A DNA stretch of 38,172 bases from a virus (taxonomy: Duplodnaviria > Caudoviricetes): IMG/VR virus record IMGVR_UViG_3300020045_003149, positions 1 through 38,172 of that record; one strand, 5' to 3'. The notes beneath the pieces were generated by a model. That model ran no database searches and was not told the origin of the DNA. It saw only the letters and a program-made list of their open reading frames with translations. The position numbers and the translations under genes are program-made. Below, piece by piece: positions 1 to 9,980 of this stretch (position 1 is the stretch's first letter; each line of letters begins with the position of its first letter).

Positions 1-121
1 CTTTTCATTTCTCGGGTTTCTTAGATTTATGGGTTTTAGTAGTGTCCTTTGATTCCCGAGCCTTTGATAGTGCTATGGCAACCGATTGCTTCTCTGGACG
101 TCCAGAATGTCGCAGCTCAGA
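1..121. repeat. Terminal direct repeat, left copy (circular assembly overlap)
   Basis: Bases 1-121 are identical to 38052-38172. Confidence 0.95.
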
Positions 122-169
122 TATATTTTCTGAGACAATTTTTTGACTTTTTCCATATTTCAATGGCAT
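5..169 (-). CDS. Small basic phage protein (54 aa), not in the ORF track
   Basis: Translated by hand: MPLKYGKSQKIVSENISELRHSGRPEKQSVAIALSKARESKDTTKTHKSKKPEK. It starts 11 nt after the tail fibre stop and resembles the common small phage MPLKKGKS...AVAIALS proteins. Confidence 0.8.
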   Translation of the reverse strand: MPLKYGKSQKIVSENISELRHSGRPEKQSVAIALSKARESKDTTKTHKSKKPEK

Positions 170-180
170 TTTACAACCCT

Positions 181-2463
181 TTAGTTAACAAGAACGATGC
201 TTAACCATGTAGCGTATGCACCACCACCTATGATTGTGTTATTCAATGCTCCCCCGTTACCCTGAGCGACTATTGTTATCGTAGTCCCAGAGGTTAGTCG
301 CAAAATAGAGCTGAATGGGCACCAAATATTACCTAAAGCCCCCACGTTTGCCACAGCTTGACTAGAGTTATATGTCTGATACAATGGCACAGCTGTAACA
401 TAAGAAATAAATGAGGTAGAAGTTCCAAAGGCAGTGAATCCCACATTTCCAGTAATCATGTAGTTACCAGTTACAGGGCACGTAAATACTCCAGTTGCGT
501 TGTTGTAGTTACCGCCTTGATCATAGGTTTCAGTGTCAAAAATCACCGTGTAGAGTGTGCCATCGCCTGTGGTGTTTGTGGTGTTTGCTGACTTATATGC
601 AAGCATCGAAGGCTGTGTACTTGTGAAAGCAACTATAGGCGAAAAGTTAATAGTAGGGTTGCCAGCAGAGCCGTTACCATTGGTTATAGCTATAGCGTTA
701 GTAGTGCCTGTTATGGTCCGACCGTTATAAGCCGATCCAGTTCCTGCAACTATACCTGTGATACCTGTTGATGCAAGCCCACCATTAGCTACTGGCAACG
801 TTCCTGTAACTCCACTAGCTAAGTTAACTAAAGCCCACGAAGGACTAACACCAGCACCACCGCTTATGAAAGATTGCCCTGAAGTGCCGAATCCTAGGCT
901 ACTGAGCTGGTCGTTTGTGTCTACACCAATAGGAGCCGATGCAGAAACCGTTACGCCGCTTATTCCATCTATAAAGGCTGTGGTGTGTGTGCCTCCTATG
1001 CGAATAGAGTTGCTTATTGTTCCTGAACCTGTAACTCCACTACCAATATAAATGTTGTTGCTACAAGTACCGCTTAAACTTGACCCTGTGTTGTACCCTA
1101 AGAAGACGTTATTGGAACCATTGATCGGAGATCCCGCATTCCCCCCCATCATCAAGTTTTGTCCACCAGCCACTATTGCAGCGCCAGAGTTTCTTCCGTA
1201 GCAGTTATTATCGCTGCCACCTGCTATTAAACCACCTGAGTTGACTCCAAAACAGTTGTTCGATGTGCCGCTAGTAATCGCATCAAGAGCTGTAGACCCC
1301 ATGCTGACGTTGTTATTGCCGCTTGTTATAGTAGAGCCGTTATGTCCTATGAAAGTGTTACTGCTAGCGCCAGGGTTGAAATCCAACGTTAAAGTGCTGC
1401 CTGCCCCTGTGAAAGTAATATTCGAGTCAGCTGTAACAAGGCCTATGTTTCCAGCCGTAGGACTGACAGCAACAGCGTCATTACCTGTAATCGTAGTTAC
1501 CGCTCCTGAAGCTGATGCTGCTTGCCACGTTGGACTGCTACCTGCTCCATTGCTAGTGAAGACCTGGTTAGCCGTCCCAAATCCTAAGCTACTTAGCTGT
1601 CCGTTGGTATCCACGCCTGTAGGTGCCGAAGCAGCAACAGTAACTCCGGTGATGCCAGCAACAAAAGTCTTGTTCTGCTGACCTGTTCCTGAGCCTGCTG
1701 TACCGATGTGAATGGCATTAGACTCACCGGTTGTTCCAAGGGCTCCTATGGCGATGTTATTACTGTCTGTTAAAGTATATGAATTACCAGAGTTCACTCC
1801 AATTGCAATGTTGTTGTTGCCTGACTGAAGGTTTAACAAGCTAGATAAACCTATAGCCGTGTTTCCACCAAGACCTGAGGTTAAAATAGCTAAAGCTTCT
1901 TGCCCTAAACCCGTGTTACTTGACGAAGAAGTGTTAAGAGCTAAGGATAAATGTCCAACAGTTGTGTTAGAGCCACCCGTTATTGTATCTCTAGCTGCAT
2001 GGTAACCAATAGCTGTGTTTGCACTTCCTGATGTGACGTCTTCTAGAGCTCGGAAACCTAAACTTACGTTGAAAGTTCCACTTGTTATAGCAGCACCTTC
2101 AGACCCAATTAAAAGGTTGCCTAAACCAAAGTCCTGCGTTAAGGTGTCTCCAGACCCTAAAAACTCTACCGTGGTGTTGGCTGTCTGCACGTTAATGTTA
2201 CCAGCTACAGGGCTCGCTACTCCGGCATTACCGGTTAACGTCTGAGCAACTCCAGTCCCACTAGCAACCAAGTCAATCGTCCCAGAGCCATTTGTGATTG
2301 TGATGGTTCCATTACTGCTGGCTAGAGTGCCGACTTTTATGTTTGGTGTGGCTGTAGATCCAATTAACAGCTGACCATCAGCAACAACTTTTCCTGTGAC
2401 TGGAAAACCTCCGCTAAAATCTACGTTATTTGCATATAAGACTTCGTTATCAAAACCAGCCAT
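181..2463 (-). CDS. Tail fibre / receptor-binding protein with C-terminal C1q-like domain
   Basis: 760 aa, rich in G/T/S/N, with NTAIG-type beta-solenoid repeats in two tandem modules. The C-terminus (VIFDTETYDQGGNYNNATGVFTCPVTGNYMIT) matches the C1q/TNF-like pattern. Confidence 0.75.
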   Translation of the reverse strand: MAGFDNEVLYANNVDFSGGFPVTGKVVADGQLLIGSTATPNIKVGTLASSNGTITITNGSGTIDLVASGTGVAQTLTGNAGVASPVAGNINVQTANTTVEFLGSGDTLTQDFGLGNLLIGSEGAAITSGTFNVSLGFRALEDVTSGSANTAIGYHAARDTITGGSNTTVGHLSLALNTSSSSNTGLGQEALAILTSGLGGNTAIGLSSLLNLQSGNNNIAIGVNSGNSYTLTDSNNIAIGALGTTGESNAIHIGTAGSGTGQQNKTFVAGITGVTVAASAPTGVDTNGQLSSLGFGTANQVFTSNGAGSSPTWQAASASGAVTTITGNDAVAVSPTAGNIGLVTADSNITFTGAGSTLTLDFNPGASSNTFIGHNGSTITSGNNNVSMGSTALDAITSGTSNNCFGVNSGGLIAGGSDNNCYGRNSGAAIVAGGQNLMMGGNAGSPINGSNNVFLGYNTGSSLSGTCSNNIYIGSGVTGSGTISNSIRIGGTHTTAFIDGISGVTVSASAPIGVDTNDQLSSLGFGTSGQSFISGGAGVSPSWALVNLASGVTGTLPVANGGLASTGITGIVAGTGSAYNGRTITGTTNAIAITNGNGSAGNPTINFSPIVAFTSTQPSMLAYKSANTTNTTGDGTLYTVIFDTETYDQGGNYNNATGVFTCPVTGNYMITGNVGFTAFGTSTSFISYVTAVPLYQTYNSSQAVANVGALGNIWCPFSSILRLTSGTTITIVAQGNGGALNNTIIGGGAYATWLSIVLVN

Positions 2464-2465
2464 TA

Positions 2466-3008
2466 TTAAACTCCTTGAACATAATAACCGACTACTGTCC
2501 AGGTAATGTTCAAAAGAGCCACACCTGTGACTTCTACTTCGACGTTATTCCCAGAGGTGACTATATCGGCGTCTGCCACAGCCAAAGCTGCTTGTGCGTT
2601 TTTAATTTTGTCTGTCACACCTATTTTAGTGGCTGTTGCACCATCAGATATGACAGCAGCAAATAAAGAAAAACCAATCCCAGCTGGAGTGGTTGGCTCA
2701 TAACCAGCTACTTTAATTTCAAAAGTGTATACGTTTGCAACAGCTGGCAACGTAAAACTTACAGCTGTATTGGTTGCACCTTCTATTGTCGTAGTTCCAC
2801 CAAAGATTCTGTTTGTAAGAAGGATGGTGACGGTATCACCCGATCCTTCTGTTGTAATGCCATCTTCGTCGTTTTCACTAGTAGATCCACCTTCGATGTT
2901 TAGATTGTTTGCAACTGGTATTGCAACACCCATATCATCTGTAGTGAACTGTAAAGGAACAGCAGGTGGAAGAGATCCTGCTGTTGTGCCTTGATAAAAT
3001 TGGCTCAT
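2466..3008 (-). CDS. Putative virion / tail fibre-associated protein
   Basis: 180 aa, beta-rich and Thr/Gly/Ala-rich, tightly coupled to the fibre gene. Confidence 0.55.
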   Translation of the reverse strand: MSQFYQGTTAGSLPPAVPLQFTTDDMGVAIPVANNLNIEGGSTSENDEDGITTEGSGDTVTILLTNRIFGGTTTIEGATNTAVSFTLPAVANVYTFEIKVAGYEPTTPAGIGFSLFAAVISDGATATKIGVTDKIKNAQAALAVADADIVTSGNNVEVEVTGVALLNITWTVVGYYVQGV

Positions 3009-3009
3009 T

Positions 3010-3381
3010 CTAACGATACCCCACGATCTGAAGATAGGTAGGTTGTGCAGCCTCTTTACCCCAAAGTATTTGGCCTACAGCTACATTTAAAGTTCCTGAT
3101 CCGTAGATAGGTCCGTCGTAATGGTTAGTTTGAAAGTCTACTATGAGCGTGCCTAGTGGTGGGATAAAGTCATGATCGTTGACCCCATCAAGGCTGATGT
3201 CAATAGACACCGTTGTGCTTGGATTGTAGATCTTTAAGATCTTGACAGTGTCGCTAAATCCAACCTGTGCCGCATCAGACTGGGAACCAGCCCCATTAAG
3301 AGGCTGGTATGATCCTGTCAAAGATGCGGGGTTAGCTTGAGCTTTAAGTACGCACTGAACTCTGCTTAATTCGTCTGACAT
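3010..3381 (-). CDS. Putative small virion protein
   Basis: 123 aa, beta-rich, with a GGAG RBS, inside the fibre operon. Confidence 0.55.
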   Translation of the reverse strand: MSDELSRVQCVLKAQANPASLTGSYQPLNGAGSQSDAAQVGFSDTVKILKIYNPSTTVSIDISLDGVNDHDFIPPLGTLIVDFQTNHYDGPIYGSGTLNVAVGQILWGKEAAQPTYLQIVGYR

Positions 3382-3395
3382 CTAATTACTCCAGC

Positions 3396-5810
3396 TTAAA
3401 CAGGGCGAACGATGAAATATGCGACACTACTCACATCGGCCGTTTGGACCGAAGCAGGTGTGCCAATAATCAAACTATTGATCGTAAAGCTAGCACCGTT
3501 ACTTATGGTGTAACTTAGTACACCTAAAGTTACCGAACCGTTAGATGCTACACGGCTCAAAAAGATCAAGTCTCCCGTAGCTATGTTTGTGTTTAAAATT
3601 GTTGCAGTTCCCAGCACCAAAGTAGCTGTTCCAGCCATGTCAGTCGCTGCGCCAGATTTAATTTGTAGGCCTTTTCCTGTAGTGGCTATCTTTAAGTGTC
3701 CGCCTGTGGCGTTAATGTTCCCAGATCCAGAGTTGATTGTTGTTGTTGATGTTGTGTTTGTTGAGCCTAAGCTAACTGTGTTAGCACCGGCACCTGTTGC
3801 AATGGCTACCGTCTTACCACCAGTTGAGTTGGCTATGTTGATGGTCTGAGCGCCTGTACCACCTGCTACCGTAATCGTGCCCGTATTGGCACCTGTTCCA
3901 CCAAAGTTTATAGTCCCTGATGTAGTGGAAGGTGCAAAAGTATAGGCTGTTGTTGCTGCTCCATCTAAACTGAAGTTGCCAGTTCCTGCTAACAAACTTA
4001 AAGCTGCCGCACCTGAAGCAGAGCCTATTGTAACAATGTTAGCAACTGCACCCGTAGCTATGTTTACAGCTTTAGGGTTAGTCGTACCGCCAGCTATATT
4101 TACAGTGGTAGCCCCCTCTCCTGCACCTATGGCAACGATGTTGGTACCTGAAGAACTACCAAGAGTCATCGTGCCAGTTTGAGCGGTTCCTCCTATAGTG
4201 ATGGTGCCTGTTGTAGTTGCAGCACCAATTGCATAAGTAGAACCTGCAGCACCATTCAAAGAGAAATTACCAGTACCCACTAGCATTGAAAGGCTCGATG
4301 CTCCAGTAACTGAACCAATAGTGATAAGGTTAGCACCAGCACCGTCACCTACGTTGATTGTTTTACCACCTGTAGAATGGCCAATGTTGATGGTTTGTGC
4401 GCCTGTGCCTGGTCCTATTGCAATAATTCCAGTATGAGCACCAGTGCCACCTAATGTGATAGTGCCCGTCGTCATTGCAGTGCCCGCATTGATAGCGCCT
4501 GCTGTTTGAACAACGCCAAGGCTTAAGGTGCCAGCACCTGATCCATTCATGATCTTCACAGCATTAATGCCAGAAGAAGACCCTAAGACTATGTCCCCAG
4601 TTTGAGCAGTTCCACCAACAGTGATCGTACCCGTTGTCGTGGAAGAACCAACGCTGTAAGTAGATGTGGCTGCACCGTCTAAATCAAAGTTACCAGTTCC
4701 TACTCTTAGCTGTAATTTAGAAGCTCCTGTCGTGTTACCAATTTCAATAATCTTGGCAACGTTTCGACCTATCTTGATATCTCCTGTACCCGATTCTATG
4801 GTAACAGCCGTCGCACCTGTCACGTTACCAATAGTAATGACGTGCGCAATGGCGTTTGTGCCGATATCAATGTTTCCAGTTCCTGAATTAAGAGCAAGTG
4901 CTGTAGCACCAGTAGAGTTACCCACTGTTATGGTCCTAGCCGCACTACCTGTACCTATGTTAATAGCTTGAGCATCAGCATCATTACCAATGTTGATAGC
5001 TCCAGCTGATGAGTTTAACTCTAAAACACCATCCGCATCTAAAAGAAGGGTGTCATCAGAGTTGATGATAATGTCGCCTGTACCAGTAGAAGCTAAGTTA
5101 AGAGAACCAGTCCCTGACTGAATAGTGACGGCTGCAGCACCAGTGGTTGAACCTATTGTGATCAAGTTAGCTGAAGCTGAATCACCTATATGAATAGTCC
5201 TAGCTACGGTACCAAGGCCTAGATTAACGTCATCACCTGAGTTATCGGTAGCTAAGTTTAATGCTGTCCCAGCTGTGTCTATGGTAGCGCTAGCATCACC
5301 CGTTATTAGGCCTGTAGCATGTAAAGTAGTGAATGTCCCTGCTGCTGGAGTAGTACCACCTTGGGCAGGAGGATTAGCAAAAACAGCTGCCAAATTAGAA
5401 GGCGTAACAAAAAGAGCGAGTGCTGGAGTTGATGCCGTACCTGCTACAGCTTCTGCATCCGTAGCTAACTGACCAATACCAGCAACCGTTTCAGTGGAAA
5501 CAGGAGCACCAGCAATAGCTAGGTTGTCTGCATATAGTTTTGTGGCTACAGGTTCGCTATTGTCTGTTAGGATTACAGTACCATATGTCGTTGTCGTTGC
5601 TGGCTGAACTCCGCCCGTGTCCCAATCACCACCACCAACCGTTTCATAAATTAAAGCTGGGTTAACAGATTGATCTAACCATCGAGTACCAGGAGGGTAT
5701 ATATCCTGTGAGGTAGGGGCGCGCTGCGCTGTAATGAACTGAGGATAGACATAACCGTCTATCACGTTAGCGAAATTTCCGCCCTGTGAGTTATATAAAG
5801 CTGCCGTCAT
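3396..5810 (-). CDS. Long Gly/Thr-rich repeat fibre or spike protein
   Basis: 804 aa with many TINIG-T-G-type repeats (beta-helix-like). First gene after a putative late promoter. Confidence 0.7.
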   Translation of the reverse strand: MTAALYNSQGGNFANVIDGYVYPQFITAQRAPTSQDIYPPGTRWLDQSVNPALIYETVGGGDWDTGGVQPATTTTYGTVILTDNSEPVATKLYADNLAIAGAPVSTETVAGIGQLATDAEAVAGTASTPALALFVTPSNLAAVFANPPAQGGTTPAAGTFTTLHATGLITGDASATIDTAGTALNLATDNSGDDVNLGLGTVARTIHIGDSASANLITIGSTTGAAAVTIQSGTGSLNLASTGTGDIIINSDDTLLLDADGVLELNSSAGAINIGNDADAQAINIGTGSAARTITVGNSTGATALALNSGTGNIDIGTNAIAHVITIGNVTGATAVTIESGTGDIKIGRNVAKIIEIGNTTGASKLQLRVGTGNFDLDGAATSTYSVGSSTTTGTITVGGTAQTGDIVLGSSSGINAVKIMNGSGAGTLSLGVVQTAGAINAGTAMTTGTITLGGTGAHTGIIAIGPGTGAQTINIGHSTGGKTINVGDGAGANLITIGSVTGASSLSMLVGTGNFSLNGAAGSTYAIGAATTTGTITIGGTAQTGTMTLGSSSGTNIVAIGAGEGATTVNIAGGTTNPKAVNIATGAVANIVTIGSASGAAALSLLAGTGNFSLDGAATTAYTFAPSTTSGTINFGGTGANTGTITVAGGTGAQTINIANSTGGKTVAIATGAGANTVSLGSTNTTSTTTINSGSGNINATGGHLKIATTGKGLQIKSGAATDMAGTATLVLGTATILNTNIATGDLIFLSRVASNGSVTLGVLSYTISNGASFTINSLIIGTPASVQTADVSSVAYFIVRPV

Positions 5811-5844
5811 GATTTTATCACCGATTTAATGTGCACACTATCTC

Positions 5845-5890
5845 GGTTGGCGAAGCCTATACAGCCGTGGAGAGCGACTCCATTCACGCT
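5845..5890 (-). promoter_or_regulatory. Structured RNA leader with two tandem UCGY-loop pseudoknot units
   Basis: Minus strand: AGC-GTGAA-TGGAG-TC-GCT-CTCCA and GGC-TGTATA-GGCT-TC-GCC-AACC. Same unit as in the capsid leader. Confidence 0.65.
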
Positions 5891-5925
5891 AACTATAGAT
5901 TATCAACATTTTTTTTTAATTTCAC
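5886..5925 (-). promoter_or_regulatory. Putative late promoter of the fibre operon
   Basis: GTGAAAT, A-tract, TTGATA-N9-TAGCGT; the same layout lies upstream of the capsid gene. Confidence 0.5.
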
Positions 5926-5926
5926 C

Positions 5927-6616
5927 TTATCTAATTTTTCTATATGTGAATCCAGATGCTTTAATATATTGGTTTAGGGCCGCGCCTAGGCTGGGGTTTT
6001 TCCCCCTCCACCAAGCTCCATATTGATTATGCCCCTCTGTTTTGGCTGCTGCGTTTCCTCTAACGAATGCCCTAAAAATGTTTGCTGGAACACCATTGTA
6101 TTCATAAATTGATCCTCCCTGAAATCTAACCTTCAATCTAGAGGATTTTTGATCATAAGAAACACCCCAAACATTTGAGCTTTGAAGATCAGCATGAGGT
6201 ATCCCATCCAAAACTTGAGGAGGCTGGCCCGATGGCATCAACTGCTCAAGTTGCTCCATTACACGGCTAAGTTCTAATGGATTATTTAAGAGTGCTGTCG
6301 ATGCAGGGCTTCCGAAAGTTCTTAAATATGAGATGAACGCCTGTTCTTGCTGTCCTGAAAGAATCCATAGTAGCTGAGCCTCATCAGAAGGTATTGCCAT
6401 TGTCTGAACTTCAGGAGTAATGACTTCAGGGCGTTCTCTTACCTGAATTTCATTTTGAAGATAATTTATTCTTTCAAGAGATTGATCTATTTCATTAGCA
6501 ATTTCACCCTGTAAGTCATCATCGATTTCTTCACCGGACTGTAATGCGTCTGCCAATCTGTCTAATAGTTCATCAAGAGCAGCATTTATGCGTCTTATCT
6601 CCTCCTCATGGTCCAC
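5927..6616 (-). CDS. KTSC-domain protein with acidic helical N-terminus
   Basis: C-terminus SSNVWGVSYD...LKVRFQGGSIYEYNGVP..IFRAF...S.G...NQYIK matches the KTSC pattern. Confidence 0.8.
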   Translation of the reverse strand: MDHEEEIRRINAALDELLDRLADALQSGEEIDDDLQGEIANEIDQSLERINYLQNEIQVRERPEVITPEVQTMAIPSDEAQLLWILSGQQEQAFISYLRTFGSPASTALLNNPLELSRVMEQLEQLMPSGQPPQVLDGIPHADLQSSNVWGVSYDQKSSRLKVRFQGGSIYEYNGVPANIFRAFVRGNAAAKTEGHNQYGAWWRGKNPSLGAALNQYIKASGFTYRKIR

Positions 6617-7356
6617 TAAACACCTCTGCTTTTTCTTAGAGCCATCACGCTTTGAATTAGAGCTTGCCTATTTTTACTTTGATCACCTTGTTGAGGTTGG
6701 TATACAGCTGGAACATTTGATTGAGGTTGTTGAGCAATCTGTTGCTGTTGTTGCTGTGGTTGAGAAGGAGCCTGTTGTCCTGCACCGTAAACGCTTTGAA
6801 TAATCGAAGACCATGATGTTTTGTGATCTTTCACCATTTTGTCTATTATTTTCTTAAATTTATTATCTTTGCTGTCAAGAGTAGCTAAAGCAGCAGCTTC
6901 AAGAGGAGAACGTCCTCCTGCTATTTCCTTCTCAAGAAAGTTATGTAGTTCAGGAGAATATTGCTCTATGATGTTTCGTTTGTCAGGTTCTGGTTGTTGA
7001 GAAGGTTCAGTTTCCTGTTGAGGTTCTTGTTGTGGTTGAGATTGTTGTTCCATTCTACCTTTTACAAAATCCAATCCTTCTTTAACGTCTAGACCTAATT
7101 GTTGACCTTTCTTCAATATATTGCCTATCTTAGGGCTCACCTTGCTAATCCCTTTAATGGCAAGGTCAATGGGGATATATTCACTAAGAAAAGGAAGAAT
7201 CTTTGACGACATACCAACAGCACCTAAAGAAGCCCCTAAACCAGCCGCAGTTCCAAGACCTGCTACAGTTCCTGCGGCTCCTTTGTACATTCCTCGCAAT
7301 TTACGATCTCTTTCTTGCTCAGATAAATTTGCTAGTTCATCAGGTCTTAGAGACAT
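6616..7356 (-). CDS. Putative internal virion (ejection) protein
   Basis: 246 aa with a Gly/Ala hydrophobic stretch and Gln-rich linkers; third gene of a coupled trio after the tail genes. Confidence 0.5.
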   Translation of the reverse strand: MSLRPDELANLSEQERDRKLRGMYKGAAGTVAGLGTAAGLGASLGAVGMSSKILPFLSEYIPIDLAIKGISKVSPKIGNILKKGQQLGLDVKEGLDFVKGRMEQQSQPQQEPQQETEPSQQPEPDKRNIIEQYSPELHNFLEKEIAGGRSPLEAAALATLDSKDNKFKKIIDKMVKDHKTSWSSIIQSVYGAGQQAPSQPQQQQQQIAQQPQSNVPAVYQPQQGDQSKNRQALIQSVMALRKSRGV

Positions 7357-7357
7357 C

Positions 7358-8773
7358 TTATTTACTCCTAAGGAAAGGTAAAATCATTATATCACCCCAG
7401 TTAAACATACGTGAGGGAACACCTTCTGCAATCTCAGCTCTTTGCCTTCCTGTTAAAGGAAGCTCATCCATTTCTTCAGTTAGGGCATTAAAGAAGTCTC
7501 TCTCTGAAAAACCCTGGTACTTATGTTTGTTGCTAAAGTGTGCTGCTATTGCCTGTATGCTATCATCGGGTTTAAGTTGACTAGCTATGCCAGAGTATAT
7601 TTTGTTCCATATGTCTTTTGAATCTTTGCTGGTCACTAATCTTTTGGATTTTTTCGCTTCGGTATAAAGATCATCGAATGTTGAATTTACGTACTTCCCT
7701 ATTTCAGGTCTCATTGGCATCGCTATAGAAGCAGCTCCCTGCTCACTCATTCCTAATGAATCCTTCAACATGTCTTTAAATTCTTCTGGAGCACCTGCTT
7801 TCCTATAAATTTTTGAATAGGTTTTAAGTTTGTCATATACTTCAGTGTTAGTTAAACCTTCAATCCCTGTTGTCTTTGCTAGGTTTTGGAATTTTTCATG
7901 TGCTTTTGCCATGTCAAGGGCCCTGCCTGCCCAATCATTGACAACGTCATCCTCTGTAGCTTTCTTGTTTAGTCTAAGATCCCTGGAAGCACCACGAACA
8001 AAGTTATCTGACATATCTCCAGTAAACTGAGAATACTTTTCATCTCCCGTTTTCTGTAGTTTTCTTTCTATAGCCGCATCCAAGTCTTTTTTAAGAGTTT
8101 CCTTAACACCTTTAAGGTAGTCACGTCTTTCCCTATATGCTGCTGGTTCAGCCATATATCTTTGAGAATCTTCTAAAGCTAGTTGCCTGGCTTCCTCAGG
8201 AGTGAATCCCATGGAAATATATTCTGATGTTCTATCATTTATTTTTTCAGAGTTCCAAGGAATTCTTGGTTGATTTTGCTCTGCCAAAGGATTGTCTTCT
8301 TGAATTTGAGGTGGACTATATTCAGTTCCAGGGATAGAAGGTGTTTGGGAAGTCTGTTGAGGTGATTGTTGCTGAGCATAACCCTGTTGCATCATAGCTC
8401 TTTGTTGAGAAGGAACCGATCCTCTCATTGCATCAGATTGACCGAACTGGACATCTTGAGGTGAAGATTGTTGTTGTTGCATTCCATAATTAGGCATGCC
8501 ACCCCTTCCAGCTGCTCTCCCATAAGCATTAGTCAAGTTTTGCCTTTTTGCTAGTTCTGAGAAAGCTTGAACCGTTTGAGGTGGAGCTCCTGTAGCTGTC
8601 AGTCTAGCAAGTTGCTGCATTTGTGTAAGGTTTTGATAATCCTTTTCAAACTGAGCAAGACCAGAAGCTAACCTATTACGTTCAACCTCTTTAGGTATCT
8701 GTTCTGCAAGACCTTGACCTATGCCACTCCCAAGGCGACCGAAGATGTTACCCTGCTTAATTGTCTGTGCCAT
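7358..8773 (-). CDS. Putative internal virion (ejection) protein
   Basis: 471 aa, helical and Gln-rich, with an N-terminal GRLGSGIGQGLA stretch; podovirus synteny. Confidence 0.55.
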   Translation of the reverse strand: MAQTIKQGNIFGRLGSGIGQGLAEQIPKEVERNRLASGLAQFEKDYQNLTQMQQLARLTATGAPPQTVQAFSELAKRQNLTNAYGRAAGRGGMPNYGMQQQQSSPQDVQFGQSDAMRGSVPSQQRAMMQQGYAQQQSPQQTSQTPSIPGTEYSPPQIQEDNPLAEQNQPRIPWNSEKINDRTSEYISMGFTPEEARQLALEDSQRYMAEPAAYRERRDYLKGVKETLKKDLDAAIERKLQKTGDEKYSQFTGDMSDNFVRGASRDLRLNKKATEDDVVNDWAGRALDMAKAHEKFQNLAKTTGIEGLTNTEVYDKLKTYSKIYRKAGAPEEFKDMLKDSLGMSEQGAASIAMPMRPEIGKYVNSTFDDLYTEAKKSKRLVTSKDSKDIWNKIYSGIASQLKPDDSIQAIAAHFSNKHKYQGFSERDFFNALTEEMDELPLTGRQRAEIAEGVPSRMFNWGDIMILPFLRSK

Positions 8774-9502
8774 TTATCTATACCCCTGGCCGAATGTTGG
8801 AAGTTGTTGCCTTTGAAAGTTTCCCATTTGAGGACTTGCCATAGGCCCACCCTGTCCATAAGGACCAGTCTTTGCACCTACCTTATTTTGACTAGTAGAA
8901 CTGCCGAATAAAGATCCTAAAGCACCTCCTGCTGCACCCAATGCAGGTCCACCTAAAGCCGTACCCAATGCAGTGCCAAATGCTGGAGCCACATTAGACA
9001 AAAACCCTGGTGTTCCCTGTTCAGTTACCATATTTTGGCTGTAAGGCTGTAGCCCTTGCTGACCTAGACCCATTAAACCTTGAGCTGCTGAATGCCGCAT
9101 CCCAGACCTAAACTGTGATAGGTTAGCTCTAAGTTGGCCGAGCCTTTCTGATAAGTCCGTAGCCCCTTGAACTTGTGCATTACGGAAACCAGAGCTGGAT
9201 AGACTACCACCGCCTCCAAATCCAGCAAACTGCTCAGATAAACCAGGGACTATGTCTTCTTGGTACTGCCTCATTATGGGAGCAGACAAGTCATTATATT
9301 GGCTTTCGTCGTCTTGGCCCTCCAAAAGGTTACGATAGTAATCTCCTGCAGAACCAAAAGCTCCACCTGCACCTTTACCTAATCCAGCTTTAACGAGTTG
9401 CCTGTAAAGAGGTTCCTGTTCTCCTCTCAAAGTCGATACATTATCTCTAACTTCAGGGGTCCCACCGAAAAACGAACCTATATTTCCTAAAAACCCACTC
9501 AT
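8774..9502 (-). CDS. Putative DNA ejection / pilot protein
   Basis: 242 aa, Gly/Ala/Gln-rich, with a glycine-zipper-like segment (GTALGTALGGPALGAAGGALG), as in P22 gp7-type proteins. Confidence 0.6.
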   Translation of the reverse strand: MSGFLGNIGSFFGGTPEVRDNVSTLRGEQEPLYRQLVKAGLGKGAGGAFGSAGDYYRNLLEGQDDESQYNDLSAPIMRQYQEDIVPGLSEQFAGFGGGGSLSSSGFRNAQVQGATDLSERLGQLRANLSQFRSGMRHSAAQGLMGLGQQGLQPYSQNMVTEQGTPGFLSNVAPAFGTALGTALGGPALGAAGGALGSLFGSSTSQNKVGAKTGPYGQGGPMASPQMGNFQRQQLPTFGQGYR

Positions 9503-9503
9503 T

Positions 9504-9980
9504 TCATAGCTCCTGTATGTACTCTATTATAGCCCACGCCCTAGTATAAGCGGCAGCAACTGTGATGATGATGTTTGTTGAATCATAACTGATTGTGTCC
9601 GCCCCATTTGGTATAGGCTCCCCTGTAAAAGCTACTGAGTCCGTTGCAGCACCAAAAAGTTGGATAAGGCTAAAGTTACCATCTACAACTATCCCGTGAG
9701 GTTGAGTATTTACACCAACTGATAAGCCTGGGAACTCAATCACTTTCCTTAGTATAGACCTAAAAGTTTGAGATGTGTAACCTGTTACACTTGCAGGGAT
9801 AAAAGCTTTACCGCTCAATAGCTCCTCATCCAAGAACCATCCTATTTCCCTGATGTTGACGGCATTAGCCAAGCGCTTAAACTGCTCGACAATGAAAGGC
9901 TTAGCTTCTTGCCAATCCTCTGGGATAGCATCATAAACTGGAACGTAGCTCTCAAGAATCTGGCTATCTGAAGGATTCAT
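9504..9980 (-). CDS. Putative tail protein
   Basis: 158 aa, translationally coupled within the tail operon. Confidence 0.5.
   Translation of the reverse strand: MNPSDSQILESYVPVYDAIPEDWQEAKPFIVEQFKRLANAVNIREIGWFLDEELLSGKAFIPASVTGYTSQTFRSILRKVIEFPGLSVGVNTQPHGIVVDGNFSLIQLFGAATDSVAFTGEPIPNGADTISYDSTNIIITVAAAYTRAWAIIEYIQEL

Noticed and set aside
820-1680. Fibre duplication as the template/variable repeat of a diversity-generating retroelement
   Set aside because: No reverse transcriptase gene is present, both copies are in frame in one gene, and the differences are not adenine-specific.
758-5472. Many plus-strand ORFs opposite the fibre genes
   Set aside because: Shadow frames of Gly/Thr/Ala-rich repeats with Pro/Val-rich translations and no RBS.
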